64,000 nucleotides of DNA from the human T2T-CHM13v2.0 reference genome, Homo sapiens: assembly GCF_009914755.1 (NCBI RefSeq), contig NC_060929.1; one strand, given 5' to 3'. A program made the position numbers and the translations under genes. This document shows, one piece after another, positions 27,150 through 41,500 of the stretch (its first letter is position 1; the number at the start of each line of letters is the position of its first letter). The notes below the pieces were generated by a model. The model saw only the letters and a list, made by a program, of their open reading frames with translations. It was not told the origin of the DNA and did no database searches.

Positions 27150-30100
27150 CCACTACAAATATTAAGAAATAGTTGAGTGTTTCATATGTGCTAAGCACTG
27201 ATATAGATCCTAAGTTACAGTAGTACAGACACACCTCAGAGATATTGTGAGTTTGGTTTCTAGACCACTGCAATGAAGTGAATATCTCAATAAAGTGATT
27301 CACATGACTCTTCTTTGTTTCTTGATACATATAAAAGTTATGTTTATACTATACCGGAGTCTATTGTGTGTGCAATAGTATTATGCCTAAAACTGTCCAT
27401 GCTTTAATTTTAAAATATTTTATTGCTAAAAAATGCTAATGATCAACTGAACCTTCAGCTAATTGTACATAATGTTTTGTATTGGTAGTGGCTCCAGCCT
27501 CAATGTTGATGGCTGCTGACTAATCATGGTGGTGGTTGCTGAAAGGTGAGGTAGCTGTGTCAATTTCTTATAAGACACTATGAAGTTTTTACATTGATTG
27601 ACTCCTCACCTTATGAAATACTGTTTTATAGCATGTGATGCTGTTTGATAGCATTTTACTCTCAGTAGACCTTCTTTCAAAATTCAAGTCAATCCTTTCT
27701 AACTGTGTAACTGCTTTATCAACTCAATTTCTGTAATAGCCTAAATCTTTTTATCTCATTTAAACAACGTTTCTAACTTCTTCACCAGCAGTGGATGCCA
27801 TCTCAAAACCACTCTTTGCTATTCCATAAAAAACAACTCTTCATCCATTCAAGATTAATATGAACTTGCAGGAATTCAGTCACATCTTCAGGCTCTACTT
27901 TTAATTCCAGTTCTCTGGTTATTTCTACCACATATCCAGTTGCTTTCACCAGTAATGTATTAAAACCCTGAATGTCATTTATGAAAGTTGAAATAAACTT
28001 CTTTCAAACTCCTGTTAGTGTTGATATTCTGACCTCTTCCCATGAATCATGTATGTTCCTGATGGTATCTTGAATGGTGATTCCTTTGCAGAAGGATTTC
28101 AATTTACTTTGCCCAGATCCATCAGAGAAATCACTACCTATGGCAGCTATAGCCTTACAAAATGTATTTCTTAAATAGCAAGACATGAAAGTAGAAGTTA
28201 CTTCTTGATCCATGGGCTGAAGAACAGATTCTGTGTTAGCAGGCATGAAAACAACATTAATGAAATCTCCATGAGAGCTCTTGGGTGACCGGGTGCATTG
28301 CCAATGAGCAATAATATTTTGAAAGGAATTTCTTCTCTAAACAGCAGATCTCAACCATGGGCTTAAAATATTAAGTAAGCCATGCTGTAAACAGATGTGC
28401 TGTCATTTAGGCTTCATTTTTCCATCTATGGAGCATAGTTAGAATAGATTTGCCTTAATTCTGAAGGACCATAGAGTTTTTGGAATGGTAAACAAGCACT
28501 GGCTTCAGCTTAAAGTTACCGGCTGCATTAGCCACTACAAAGAGAGTCAGCCTATACTTTGAAACATTGAAGCCAAGCATTGTCTTCTCCTCTCTAGCTA
28601 TGAAAGTCCTAGATGGCATGTTTTTCCCATAGTAGTCTATTTCATTTCCATTGAGAATCTACTGCTTTTCATCAATTATCTTAGCTACCTTCATCAATTA
28701 TCTTAGCTAGACTTCTGGATAACTTGCTACAGCTTCTACATCAGCATCTGTTGCAGCACCTTGCATTTTTATGTTGTAGAGATGACTTTTTTCATTGAAC
28801 CTCATAAATAAATCTCTATCAGCTTGAAACTTTTCTTCTGCAGCTTCTTCACCTCTCTCAGACTCCAAATAATTAAAGAGAGTTATGGCCTTGCTCTGGA
28901 TTAGGCTTTAGCTTAAGAGAATGTCGTGGCTTGTTTAATCTGCTATCCAGATAACTAAAACTTTCGCCATATCAGCAATAAGGCTGTTTCACTTTCATAT
29001 TATTCATATGTTCACTGGAGTAGGAGGCACTTTTAAAACCCTTCAAAAACTTTTCCTTTGCATCTACAACTTCTCTGTTTGGCACAAGAGGCCTAACTTT
29101 TGGCCCTGAGAGCTTTTGAATTGCTTTCTGTACTTAATCATTTCTTAAGTCGTTTTGATTTAGAGTGAGAGACCTGCAGCTCTTCTTTCATTTGAATACT
29201 TACAGACCATTGTAGAATTATTAATTGACCTAATTTCAATATTGTTGCATCTCAAGGAATAGAGACATCCAAAGAGAGGGAGAGATATGGGGAAACAACT
29301 GGTTGGTGGAGCAGTCAGAATACACAATACATTTGACGGTTAAGTTTGCTGTCTTATGTGGGCATGGTTTGTGGTGCCCTAAAACAATTGTAATAGTAAC
29401 ATCAAAAGACCACTGATCACAGATCACCATAACCAATATAACAATGAAAATTTTGAAATATTGGGAGAATTACCAAAATGTGACACAGAAACACTAAGTG
29501 AGCACGTGCTGTTGGAAAGAAATGGTACCAACAGATTTGCAAAATGCAGGGGTGCCAAAAACCTTGAATTTGTAAAACATACACTATCTGCAAAGCACAA
29601 CAAAGTGAAGCAAAATAAAATGAGGTATACCTGTATATATAGCAGACAAAGTTCTTCTATTGTGGAGCTTAATTAAGGCATGAAGAGACAGATAATTAAC
29701 AATTAATAGATAATTATACAAGATAATTTCCATTGAGATACATGTTTTGAAGAAAAAGCAAGATAACAGTGCACATGACTTCAGATAGGATGACCAAGGA
29801 GGCTTCTACGAGGAGGAAACATTTAATCTACATGTGAATGACAAGAAGTCTATGCCAAGAAAATCTTGGAGAGTGTGTACAAAGTTCATGGGAAAAGAAG
29901 GGGCTTGACAATTCCAAAAAAACCAAACCAAAACAAACAAACAAACAAACAAAAACAAGAAGGCTAGTGTTGGAGCATGGTGAAGGAAAGAAAATGGTTA
30001 CTAGATGAAGTCAGAGAAGTAAATAGAGGCTGCTTAATGTAGGACCGTATGAGAAATACATGGTAGATTCTGAATTTTGCTCTCAGGACAGTGGGAATCC

Positions 30101-30300
30101 ATGGGATAGTTTTAAGTGAGAGAAGAGCAGAAATGAATCTGAATGCCAAAAGAAGAGTGGATTAAAAGGGGTGGGGAATAATCTTAGAAAAATATATCTT
30201 AAAATATTATTGCAATAGGAAAGCTGAGAGCTAATAGTGGCAATGCAGATGGAGGAAAGTAGACAGTTTGGGGGCATATCACATAGGCTGAGCATTTAGA
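27150..30300 (-). mobile_element. L2 element split by the Tigger1 insertion (L2 parts ~27150-27225 and ~29636-30300)
   Basis: L2 3' tail 'gttgagtgtttcatatgtgctaagcactg' before Tigger1; continues 'agacaaagttcttctattgtggagctta...gaggaggaaacatttaatct' after it. Confidence 0.75.
27226..29633 (-). mobile_element. Full-length Tigger1 DNA transposon (pogo/Tc1-mariner), transposase disrupted
   Basis: Termini cagacacacctca...tgaggtatacctg with TA on both sides (27224-25, 29634-35); 2408 bp; ORF 28004-28246 encodes a DDE-domain piece ([13 protein letters not shown]). Confidence 0.96.
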
Positions 30301-31109
30301 ATTTAACATTATATTAGGTTTCTATCCTGATGCATTTTGCAGACAGTTCCGAAAGAAGAAACTGAACGAACTTTCATATTTTGTGTTAATTTTTCTCATG
30401 CTTTGCATTTTTATAATTTTCAGATGTTTACAATTTTATTTCAACACTTTAAGACAACATATTTCATTTGAATGTGGGAACACATGTTGATACAGGAAAG
30501 TACATGTTGTGGAGAGAAAAATGTTCTTCCTTTATTTTTTATATCACACTATCATCTTAAATTGAAATCCCTCAGACTAAGACATATTTGAGTACTGTTA
30601 TTTACAAACTGACATATAGTTTTTAAATCTTTATAAAGCTTCATAAATACTTATTTAATTCTAACAAATATTCTAAAATGTGCCAAATGGACAAAACCAT
30701 GAAGGTAAGTACTACAGTTAGGGAATGTGTGAAAAAAATAATAAATAAATGAATATTAACTGTTTGGAAACAATTACAAATTATGTTAATGAGCACAAGA
30801 CTAAACTTTAGCCAATTCATGTGTAGCAGATTAAGTAACAATAGCGTGTCATTTCTGTCTGAGAAATTACATGAAATTCCAGCATTCATCATACTCCTGT
30901 CTAATACTTTTGAAGGCCTGAGCAGAATCCATATTTCCAAGTGCATTCAATTTGTTCTGAGATCACTTTTAATTTAAGCCTTCAGTTTAAATTTGTGTCA
31001 TAGTCTGAGATAATGCAGTTTTCAAATATAAGGACTGAAAAATCATTGTATATAGTCCAGGCTTTCTAACTGCTATTTGGTACTATTATAGATCATGCAA
31101 TGTTATAAT

Positions 31110-31252
31110 AGGCACACAACACTCTGCCATTCTTTACCTGTGAACCTGTGGAAAAGCCACTGAACTTCTCTAAAGCTCCGCTTCCTCATAAAAAATGAAA
31201 ACGTTGGATTAGGTGATATATGAGGTTTATTTCAATTCCAAAGTGTTACAAT
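31110..31252 (+). mobile_element. MIR3-like SINE
   Basis: 'ctctgccattctttacctgtgaacc...aagccactgaacttctct...aaaatgaaaacgttggattaggtgat'. Confidence 0.7.
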
Positions 31253-32279
31253 TTCCTCCATAACATTATACTAAATTTGGAAATACTTCCCAGAACTTAT
31301 AACTAGGTTGTCATAATTATATCACATATTTAACTGGTATAAAATTCCTCCTACTCATTTGATATTACTTTATGAGATTCCACCACAAATAACTCATCCA
31401 GAATAGACTCTGTTGATAATGAAAATGAACCAAACAGATAATTTGACTATCATATAGTCAAGATCATCGAGTAACCTAGCCAGAAAAGAAGGGGAATATA
31501 AGTTTCAAGTCACATACCACATATCAACTCTGGTAGATGTGTAGTAGTTGTGGAGAGTGACTCTGAAGTGCCTGTGTTCATTGGGAAAGCATTGTGATGC
31601 TATTTCTGGCATGTGTGCAGAATGAAAAAAGTTAGTATGCATGCAGATATTCACCATCTTCATGCAAAATATAACCATCTTTTAGTTCCTCCACACCAGA
31701 GAACTGTGATACCAACCTAAATGACCTGGGCCCTCTTTCCAAATAGAGGAGGCCAAAGAACCATCATCCTTATAGCTCATATTGGAGGTGTTCAAATGCA
31801 GGAATTAATAAATAGTGGTATGTTCACACTGATGAACTACTCCAATACTTAGGAAATATATCTCTGCTTGAAGTCTTTTCACATTGTGTAGATTATATCT
31901 CTGGAAATAAGTTAAGCCTGAATACATTATAATCTTTTCAACAATTTTAACACAACTAACTGAAATCTTAAAAGCCCTTAATGAGGAGGTATGGGTGATA
32001 AACTCTGTAAGTAAAGAGAATACACTATGCAACATATACATATTAAAAAGTTGCTGATTATTCTCAGACATTAGACGGTTGGCATATTTGCAAAGATGAT
32101 ATTAATGGCTCTAATATTAAGTAAGGATTAGTGTTTTTTATCCTTAAATTTGTTACTATTATTACATCCAAATGTATGGTAATGAACTAAAACAAAAATA
32201 TCTACTATTTGTAAGGTTCTGAATAGCAGTAGGTAATTTTTCAGACATTCGAGTTGTGTGCAGTAACATTGTGTACAGG

Positions 32280-33345
32280 AACCAGACATATATGAAAGCT
32301 GGAAATCTAGTCTGTTGCTTTCATCACTGTATTACCAGTACATCGTAACCTGGCTCATTTTAAATAATTTATATGTGTGATAGACAAGCAAATAAATCAG
32401 TAAGTACACTATGACTTTATTTTTCACTTATTAAAAATATTTATTGAACTTCAACTACAATATACACTTTATTCATATTGGTAATACAAAAATGAATAAA
32501 AGTTACATCCTCCTGAATTTCTCAATAAATGACACACAGAAAAATACACACAAAAAAACAATAACAAGTACACAAATGCATGTCCATCAACAATAACTAA
32601 AGTAAATAAAAACGAAGTGAATTATTGGTTTGGAAATACAGGATAGGTGGAGCTTACTATATTTTAAATAGAGTGGTCAGGATAATCCTCTTTGATAAGG
32701 TAACATTTGAAGAGAGCCCTGAAGAAGATGAGAAAAGCAAAGTGACCACAGAGATCTATAGGGAGCAATTTTCCTTTTTTTGTTTATTTTTATTTTCTCA
32801 CTATTGTACAATGAATGTGTATCATTTTCCAACAAAGGAAAACAGTATGATTAAAACATTTTAAAAGATACAATTAAATTTACTTCCTATTGAATACAAA
32901 ATAGTCACAATTCCCTAGCCTATCATTTAATGCTCTCTGTAATTTAATTTCAAGCTCTCTTCATAGGTTTACCACAATAATTCCATTTTTGCTAAGTGAA
33001 ATATTTTCAAATCCCCACATGGTTACATACTTCCAAACCTTTTCTTTCTTCCTACTTATTTGCCCAAAGTATCTTTCTATCTTTATATAGACTTCCCTAT
33101 ATCAATTTAAAGACCTAGCTAAAATTAAATATCTAAATAGAATCACTTTTGTCCTCTGAAACTAATATTTTATTTTTCCACCTTTTATACTTTGTGTCAT
33201 AATTATTTCTGTACTTACTTATTCATTTTTTTGCTATAACATACTTAAGATAGATGTCATGTCTATTCCATCCTTATACTCTCTATAACACCTATAAAGT
33301 TCTTACAGTTGCTTTATTTTCAATAAAGTACATAAGAATAAATAA
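32280..33345. mobile_element. Cluster of L2 fragments in both orientations, with a small old L1 3' end (~32760-32865)
   Basis: L2 tails 'ttcatcactgtattaccagtac' and 'aatatttattgaac', body 'gtggtcaggataatcctctttgataaggtaacatttgaa'. Confidence 0.55.
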
Positions 33346-34211
33346 TCTGGCAATGGTCAAATATTAGATACCTTACAAATGCCCAAAACATTAGTCACAA
33401 CTTGTATACATGCAATGTTTTTCAAATAACTTATATTTCTGTGCAAGAAAAGTTGTTTTTAATGTCAACAATAAATATAAATGTCATTTAATGAAACTTT
33501 GCATTTTTAAATAGTTAGCCAAATTGTTATCACAAAGTCTTTTTTAGAGTCTACTTCTTTTAAGTTTTACATTCCACTACTTCAATGATAGAGATTATTT
33601 TCCTCTAATATATTGGGATTATCCAAAATTAGATTTTTAAAAAGATTTTCCAACTGAGAACAAGTTTGAAATTTTTAATATAGATTTTTATATGATTTTC
33701 AAACTTTCCAGGTACATTTTTAACTGTGGAGGATGACTTGGTCTTATAAACTTGCTCCCATTTGTAAATATCATGATTCAATTTTTCAATCATAAATATG
33801 TGTTGCTTTCTCTCACATTATAGTCAACTTTAACGTATATAGGAATATAAAAATACCTACACATTTTCTCAGACATTATCAACATAAAAATAATTAAGTA
33901 ATAAAAATGAGTAAAATTTGATTTTTTTTGGAAATATCTTGACTGGGATAGATTGAAAAATGGAAAGTGTTCATGTAAATACTAAAAAGTACATTTTAAT
34001 TGCAGTTATGAAAACTGTCAAGAGAAGCATTGATTGTAATAAAATGCATTTGACATCTTTCAGACTAAGCAGAAAAACCAGGAAGAAGGAGTAGCTGTGC
34101 ATGAACCACAGCTGGAGGACCACACTCTCCTCTCAGGCAGCTTCCTGGACTGTTTCAAGGCACTTTCATCCTTTGTTACTCTGATTCTTTACCCCTCAGA
34201 ATGGAATAGCT

Positions 34212-34319
34212 GTGCTCACTTTGGCAGCACGTATACTAAAATTGTGAATCATAAAGAGAAAATCAGCACGGCCCCTGAACAAGGATAACACGCAAATTCG
34301 TGAAGCATTTCATATTTTT
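34212..34319 (+). pseudogene. Full-length U6 snRNA retropseudogene (5' part of a U6/L1 chimera)
   Basis: Aligns end to end with U6 (gtgctc...ggcagcac.tatactaaaattg...ggcccctg..caaggat.acacgcaaattcgtgaagc.tt.catattttt). About 14 substitutions and 1 insertion by manual count; the ACAGAGA box is mutated to AAAGAGA. Confidence 0.95.
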
Positions 34320-35479
<1,160 letters not shown>

Positions 35480-35819
35480 AATGGAATATTTCACCTTGAA
35501 AGTATATGATCATTTGCTCTGGAGAATGCAAAATTACAGTATAAATGAATGTAATCTTTCTAAAACAGTAATTTGGATCTGGGAAAATAATAAAAGGCAT
35601 TTACATAGCTGGACTGTTAAAATGGTTGTTTTTTTTTGTGAAAAGAAACATATCCAGAATACATTTCCTATAGACCAATCTTACATTGATTTTGAGATAC
35701 GTAATTTGGGAAATTTAGTAAATTATTTTAATTCAGAAACTAGAACCCTGATGTGGTAAATTCCTTCAAAATATGCAAAGCAATTAACACCCATGGAAAA
35801 AATATAATTTAAAAATAAT

Positions 35820-36830
35820 CACCATTATTTAAATGCACACAGATATGTAAGGCATATGCTAAGTTCTTTAGATGTATCATATGATATAATCCTTGTAACT
35901 TCACAGCAAGTTATAGAGTGGTATTGTTACCACTGCTCACAGAAAAGGATACTGAGGGACAACAGAAGCACTTGAGTGCTTGTCAAAGCCAATTTTGTTT
36001 TTTCTTAACTTTTATTTTTGGTTCAGGGGTACATGTTCAAGATTGTTATATACATAAAGTTGGGTCATGGGGGTTTGCTGTACAGATTATTTTGTCACCC
36101 ATGTACTAGGCCTAGTACTCATTAGTTATTTTTTCTGATTCTCTCCCTCCTCTCCCACCCTCCTCCCTCAAGTAGACCCCAGTGTCTGTTGTTCCCCTCT
36201 ATGTGTCCGTGTGTCCTTATCATTTAGCTATCACTTATAAGTGAGAACATGCAGTGTTTGTTCTTCTGTTTCTGCCTTAGTTTGCTAAGAATAATGGCCT
36301 CCAACTCCATCCATGTTCCCGAAAAAAGACATGATCTCATTTTTTAATGGCTGCATAGTATTCTATGGTGTATAAGTGACACGTTTTCTTTGTCCATTCT
36401 GTCACTGATAGGCATTTAGGTTGATTCCATGTCTTTGCTATTGTGAAAAGTGCCGCAATGAACGTTCACATACATGTGTCTTTACGGTAAAAGAAATTAT
36501 ATTCCTTTAGGTATATACCCAGTAATGGTATTACTAGATCGAATGGAAGTTCTGTTTTTAGCTGTTTGAAGAATCACCACATTGTTTTTGACAATAGTTG
36601 AACAAATTTGCACTCTCACTGACCGTGTATAAGCATTCCCTTTTCTCTACAACCTCACCAGCATCTGTTATTTTTTGTCATTTTAACAATAGCCATTATG
36701 ACTGGTGTGAGATGGTATCTTATAGTGGTTTTTATTACAATCTCTCTGATGATTAGTGATTTTTTAATTTTTTTAATAATAGCCATCCTGACTCAAAGCC
36801 CATGTTCTTAACCTCAATGACACACTGCTT
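35820..36830 (-). mobile_element. MIR split by an L1 insertion (MIR parts ~35820-35990 and ~36794-36830)
   Basis: 'atgtaaggcatatgctaagttcttta...cacagaaaaggatactgagg' continues as 'caaagcccatgttcttaacc' after the L1. Confidence 0.65.
35995..36793 (-). mobile_element. 5'-truncated L1PA (L1PA13-16-like)
   Basis: Antisense 3' UTR 'ggttcaggggtacatg...gtcatgggggtttgctgtacagattattttgtcaccca'; imperfect TSD caaagccaattttgtt / caaagcccatgttctt (13/16). Confidence 0.9.
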
Positions 36831-38183
36831 TTATATCAGGCAAGAAGGCTTTGCATGCAAAGGCATAAATTTATTGTTCACACAGAAGGGAAGGTGGAAT
36901 GTGGGGCTTTTTCAAAGTCACAGATGCTCACAGAAAAAGTGTTTTGGAAAATAAGCCTGGCACATAGTAACAATATATTTTTCTTTTATTATCATTGCTT
37001 TAAAACGACTTATAAAATTGTTAAACTTTCATAGCAAATTTGTTCCTCATTAATTTAGAAATAGTTCCAGAGTTTAAAAATACATATTTTAATTTTTTAA
37101 ATTCAAGTGTTCCACAATAGGAAAAAAAAAACTCCAAAATGGCTGACTGTTATGCTTTTTATTATCATTTATCATTTCTTCAGTTTTAAATGCTGTAACA
37201 TTTAAATTACACTTTAAACTATAATTATGGGTCCAAAGTTACATGCAGATTATTTGAATCATAAGAATGGTCAAAAGAATTGAACATATCAATAACAGAA
37301 TTTCAAAGTATCTATAAACCCATCTGGAATTATAACAAGCTTGGCAGTTGGTAAGGATTCCCTCAACAAATTTGACATTGAAGAATATTATGTTATACTG
37401 TCGTCAATCTACCAAATCAGTTTATAAGTAGATGGAATCAACACGAAATTCTGAGAAGTACTTGGAAGTTTAAATAAGATGACTCCTAATATTATAAATG
37501 ATACCAAGCTTGGAAGACTCTTAAAAGAACTCCTAAGCAATGGTTATATAGAATCGAACCACCTCATGGAAAGATGCCTTTAAAAATTCATCACTGTCAC
37601 TTATAGGTAAGACCACAAAATTTTGCAAATTAAAAAAGCACTATTTTTAATATCAGGAACATTATAATGAAAAACACAGTAAAACCTACATTTAAAAAAA
37701 ATGACTTCTGACTTTCTCTTCCAGTTATATTCTCTGTTCAAGCCTGCCACTTACTAGCTGACTATAGGTTTTCTCCCTCTTCCACCAACAATGACCCATC
37801 TCATGAGTGGGCTCTGACGTCATGCAAGCTGGAACTCTTTCTTTGTTCCTTAAATAATTTATCCATAATAACAACTGGAATGTGTAGCAATAAAGCACAA
37901 TTTCTGGTTGGTTTATCAGCCATGTATAATTGCCACTATTAAAAAGCTCAAACATCCCTTTCCTCAATGCAGGAGTATGAAGAGTTCTCAAGAGTGCTTA
38001 CTGTTCAAAAATGTAAATCATATGGATTATGGAATCGCTGGGTAGAAAAATCCAACAAAAAATAATAAAGTTAAAAAAGCAATGTCAGGTGGCTTCCACT
38101 GCAGAAGTAAAGTGGGAATGCACCACAGCCAAAATGGTTATTCATAAATAGTGAAACGCGCCAGCAGATCACACAATGTCCTT

Positions 38184-38565
38184 TGATAAAAGAAAAACTT
38201 CAGCTGAATTAAATTTAAAGGAGTTGAACTGAGCAATGAATGGCTTGCGAATTGGGCAGCCTCTTGAGCTGGAGTAGGCTCAGAGACTCCAGCACAGCCA
38301 CGTGGTAGAAGAAAAGTTATGGACAGAAAAAGAAAAATGATGTACAGAAAACGGAAATGAGGTACAGAAACAGCTGGATTGGTTACAGTTCAACATTGCC
38401 TCATTTGAGCATGGTTTGAACAGTTGGCTGCATATGATTGGCCATAACTCAGTTATTGGTACAAGTATAGGCTACAGTCTGGTTATAGTTCATGATATAC
38501 AGAGAAACCTTTAGGCCAAACTTAAATATGTAAGGAAGCAGCTTTAGGCTAAACTTGATTTAACA
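38184..38565 (-). mobile_element. MER57 (MER57A-like) ERV1 LTR, the 3' LTR of the provirus
   Basis: Reverse complement starts tgttaaatcaagtttagcctaaagctgc and ends gctgaagtttttcttttatca; several CCAAT boxes; directly abuts internal sequence. Confidence 0.9.
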
Positions 38566-41500
38566 ATTCTCATCTTTGGGTCGTCTTCTTAATTTTGATA
38601 GATTGATCAAAACTTTAGTTATTGATGTCACTATACCCACTGGCCTTGAAACCCACTTGGAAACAGTATAACAGTGGGTTTTGCAAGGTTGGAACAAGGA
38701 CTGAGTAGAGGTACCTCCTTATGCTGCTGTGTCCTGTTTACAGGAGAAAAACAAAACCAGATCTATTCCAGGATCTATGTGTTTCCTTAAGTCTTCATTC
38801 GATTATGTCACATTTGACATGAGTGACTCTATTTTTGGTTTGGTCTGGTCTGTTGGGGCCTAGTACATGAGCTCAGTCCAAAACAATGGCCTCCCATAAT
38901 TCTGTTCAAAAAAATTTCCTTTTTTGATCAGGTTACCACTTAGGTAACTTAGGTTATAGTTTGACCAAAACTTACGGCCTTAGCGCCACTGTTGGTTACC
39001 ATTATTTTGGGTTTCCAGCCTCAGCATGTCATTCATAGGTTACGATGTCCTTAAAGCCACACATTTCTTTCAGCTTTTTTCATAACAGTTGAAGATAGGT
39101 CATTTGACATTCTAGAGATGCCTGCATGCAAACATTTAAAACTTCTGAGAGAATACAGTGCACCAGGGAGACTACTAATATGACTATCAGGAGAATAATA
39201 ACAAGAGCTTGGAGTATGCTCTTTACTCAGGGTTCCCATAAACCAAACCAACTTAAAAAAAAAGATCAAATAATGACCTAGATACAGAATCTACTCACTT
39301 AACTAAGCAGTTTCTTCATTAATCCCCTACAACTGAATCTCTATAATACTAGATGTTTTCTCCACAGGCCACAAGTGCCAGCAGCTGCACAGATACTTCT
39401 GCTTAGCCAGTAAGTAATCTAGAACAATTATATTATTTAGCATAACTTTTACAAGAGAATTTGAAGTCTGTTGTGAAACCATAGCCTTTACAGCCAAATC
39501 TGCTATAGAGTCTATCATGAGAGATACATTTCTAATAATTGCCTCTTTTACTCCAAACAATGAAAAAAGGATCTAAAAAATGATGCCCTTCTAGAATAGT
39601 GAAGGCCTCTGGCAATGTTCTCTTTAACCCATGATATGGGTTAAGAAGAGTGAACTAATATTCTATTTCTGACTGATTATGAAGCAATGTACGTACCATT
39701 AACATTTTTCACTTACATTGGGTCTTCATCTTCCATCTATCAACATATAAGGTTATCCATTTATAAGGCTGGCTGCAAAATCCTTCACAAATAAAAGTAT
39801 ACCCCATAAGTGCACACAACAGACCCCCTTTTCACTTCTATTGTTCATAGAGGAATAAGCAAGGGAAAAAATATTTAAAGATAAGAGTCTCATGACGGTA
39901 GATAAGTCTTGAATCATGATCTTGGAAAAAGCTATTTACATCAAGGATGCTATCTTCCTCTAGGGAGAAACTTGCCTGGTTAGCTTTACTTTAAGAGTTC
40001 CAGTGGGTGTACAGTTTCAAGAGTGTGGAGGGACCCTTCTCACTTGTGAGATTATGAAGCTTAGCTTCAAGGTCCTGAAGTTTTGCTGCAGTGTGGATGG
40101 TAAGGGAAATCTTTCTCTGATGTTCTCAGAAGATCCAAACTTCAGGTTCTAGATTGTGAAGGGTTTGATTGTCCTCAGTCAGTGAACCCTAAAAAGCTGT
40201 CTTTACGTGGTGAAAACACACTGTGGCATAATAATCTACTGTGATAACATCAGTGTTCTTGGATGGAACAGCATATATATAACCAGAAAACATGCATCAA
40301 AAATGACAATCGAATGAAATCCCTCTATAAATGTTTAAATGTCCCATCTGGTAGCCAAATGTACCTGAAGTTTTGATTGTCTTCCCAGGAATATGTGCTT
40401 GACAAACTAAACATTTGTTGCAAATGATTTTAGTAATTGAGAAGTCACCACACCAATATATATTTAATTTGGATCATTTTATGTTTTTCATAATGGTTAT
40501 GGAATACAGAACTTTCATAACAAAATCTTCCAGGACTAAGGAAGGACAAGGCAGCCATCCTGGTTCTCCATGAGTCCATGCTGAACATTGGACTTATGTC
40601 CTCTTGAACACCAGTTGTTTCTCCAATTCAGGTGAGTAGCACTGATAACTAATAGGTTATAATAGATAATTTGACTTAAACTATGGAGTTCATTCACATT
40701 GTACATCTAAATAATTTCAGTACTGACTGATTTGACATGGAAATCTGGCAAAGTATTTTCTTGGTCTTCAATTAATTTTTCTACTTGGGTTAGCAGTTTT
40801 ATGAACCAGTCAGTCTTTTCTTTAAAGTTCCAAGAATTCTTACGCAGTCCAAAAGATATGATTCTAAAGTTATCAGAAACTTGTATTTGAGAGTGCTTTT
40901 CAGGATCTTTTCCATCCTTTCATGAACCTCCTAAAAGATGGCATATTCTAAAATTTTGCATGCTTGTGAAGTTTTCAGAAACTGCATCAGCATTAAGCAA
41001 TTAACTGTGGAATGACTTTAAATCATCATAAAGACATAATTGACAAGGAAATTTAGTTATTTCTGTGGTCTTCTATAACTTAACATAATAACCATAGTTA
41101 TGATTGATAGGATATCCACAGACATATTAGAATTTTAGAAATCTCATATAATTTTGGAATATATATTAATGTCATTCACTAAAATATAACCAGAATAAGG
41201 TTAAACATTATTTTTTATTTTGATGATTCCTATATAACTTAACATGTCAAATAATTCTGTTTACCTTTCTTTTGGATGCTTCAGGGGTCCTTTGCAGCAT
41301 CTCAATGTTAGAGGTTAAAAAAGACTTACTTTTAAAGCTGAAATTTCATTTTGGGAAGCTGTCAAATGTGTTAAAGGTTTAAAACACTTCATATAATAAA
41401 ATACAATTCCAGGTCAACATAAGTCATTCATTTAGCCAAAATGATAACTCAAAATTTTAAGAAAGGCAAAAACCTTTCCTCTTTGATAGAGGGAAGACTT

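Noticed and set aside
31443-31461. 8-bp stem hairpin ttgactat-cat-atagtcaa
   Set aside because: Expected by chance in 64 kb of AT-rich DNA.
37815-37822. Full CRE palindrome TGACGTCA
   Set aside because: A single 8-mer with no promoter context; not supportable as regulatory from sequence alone.
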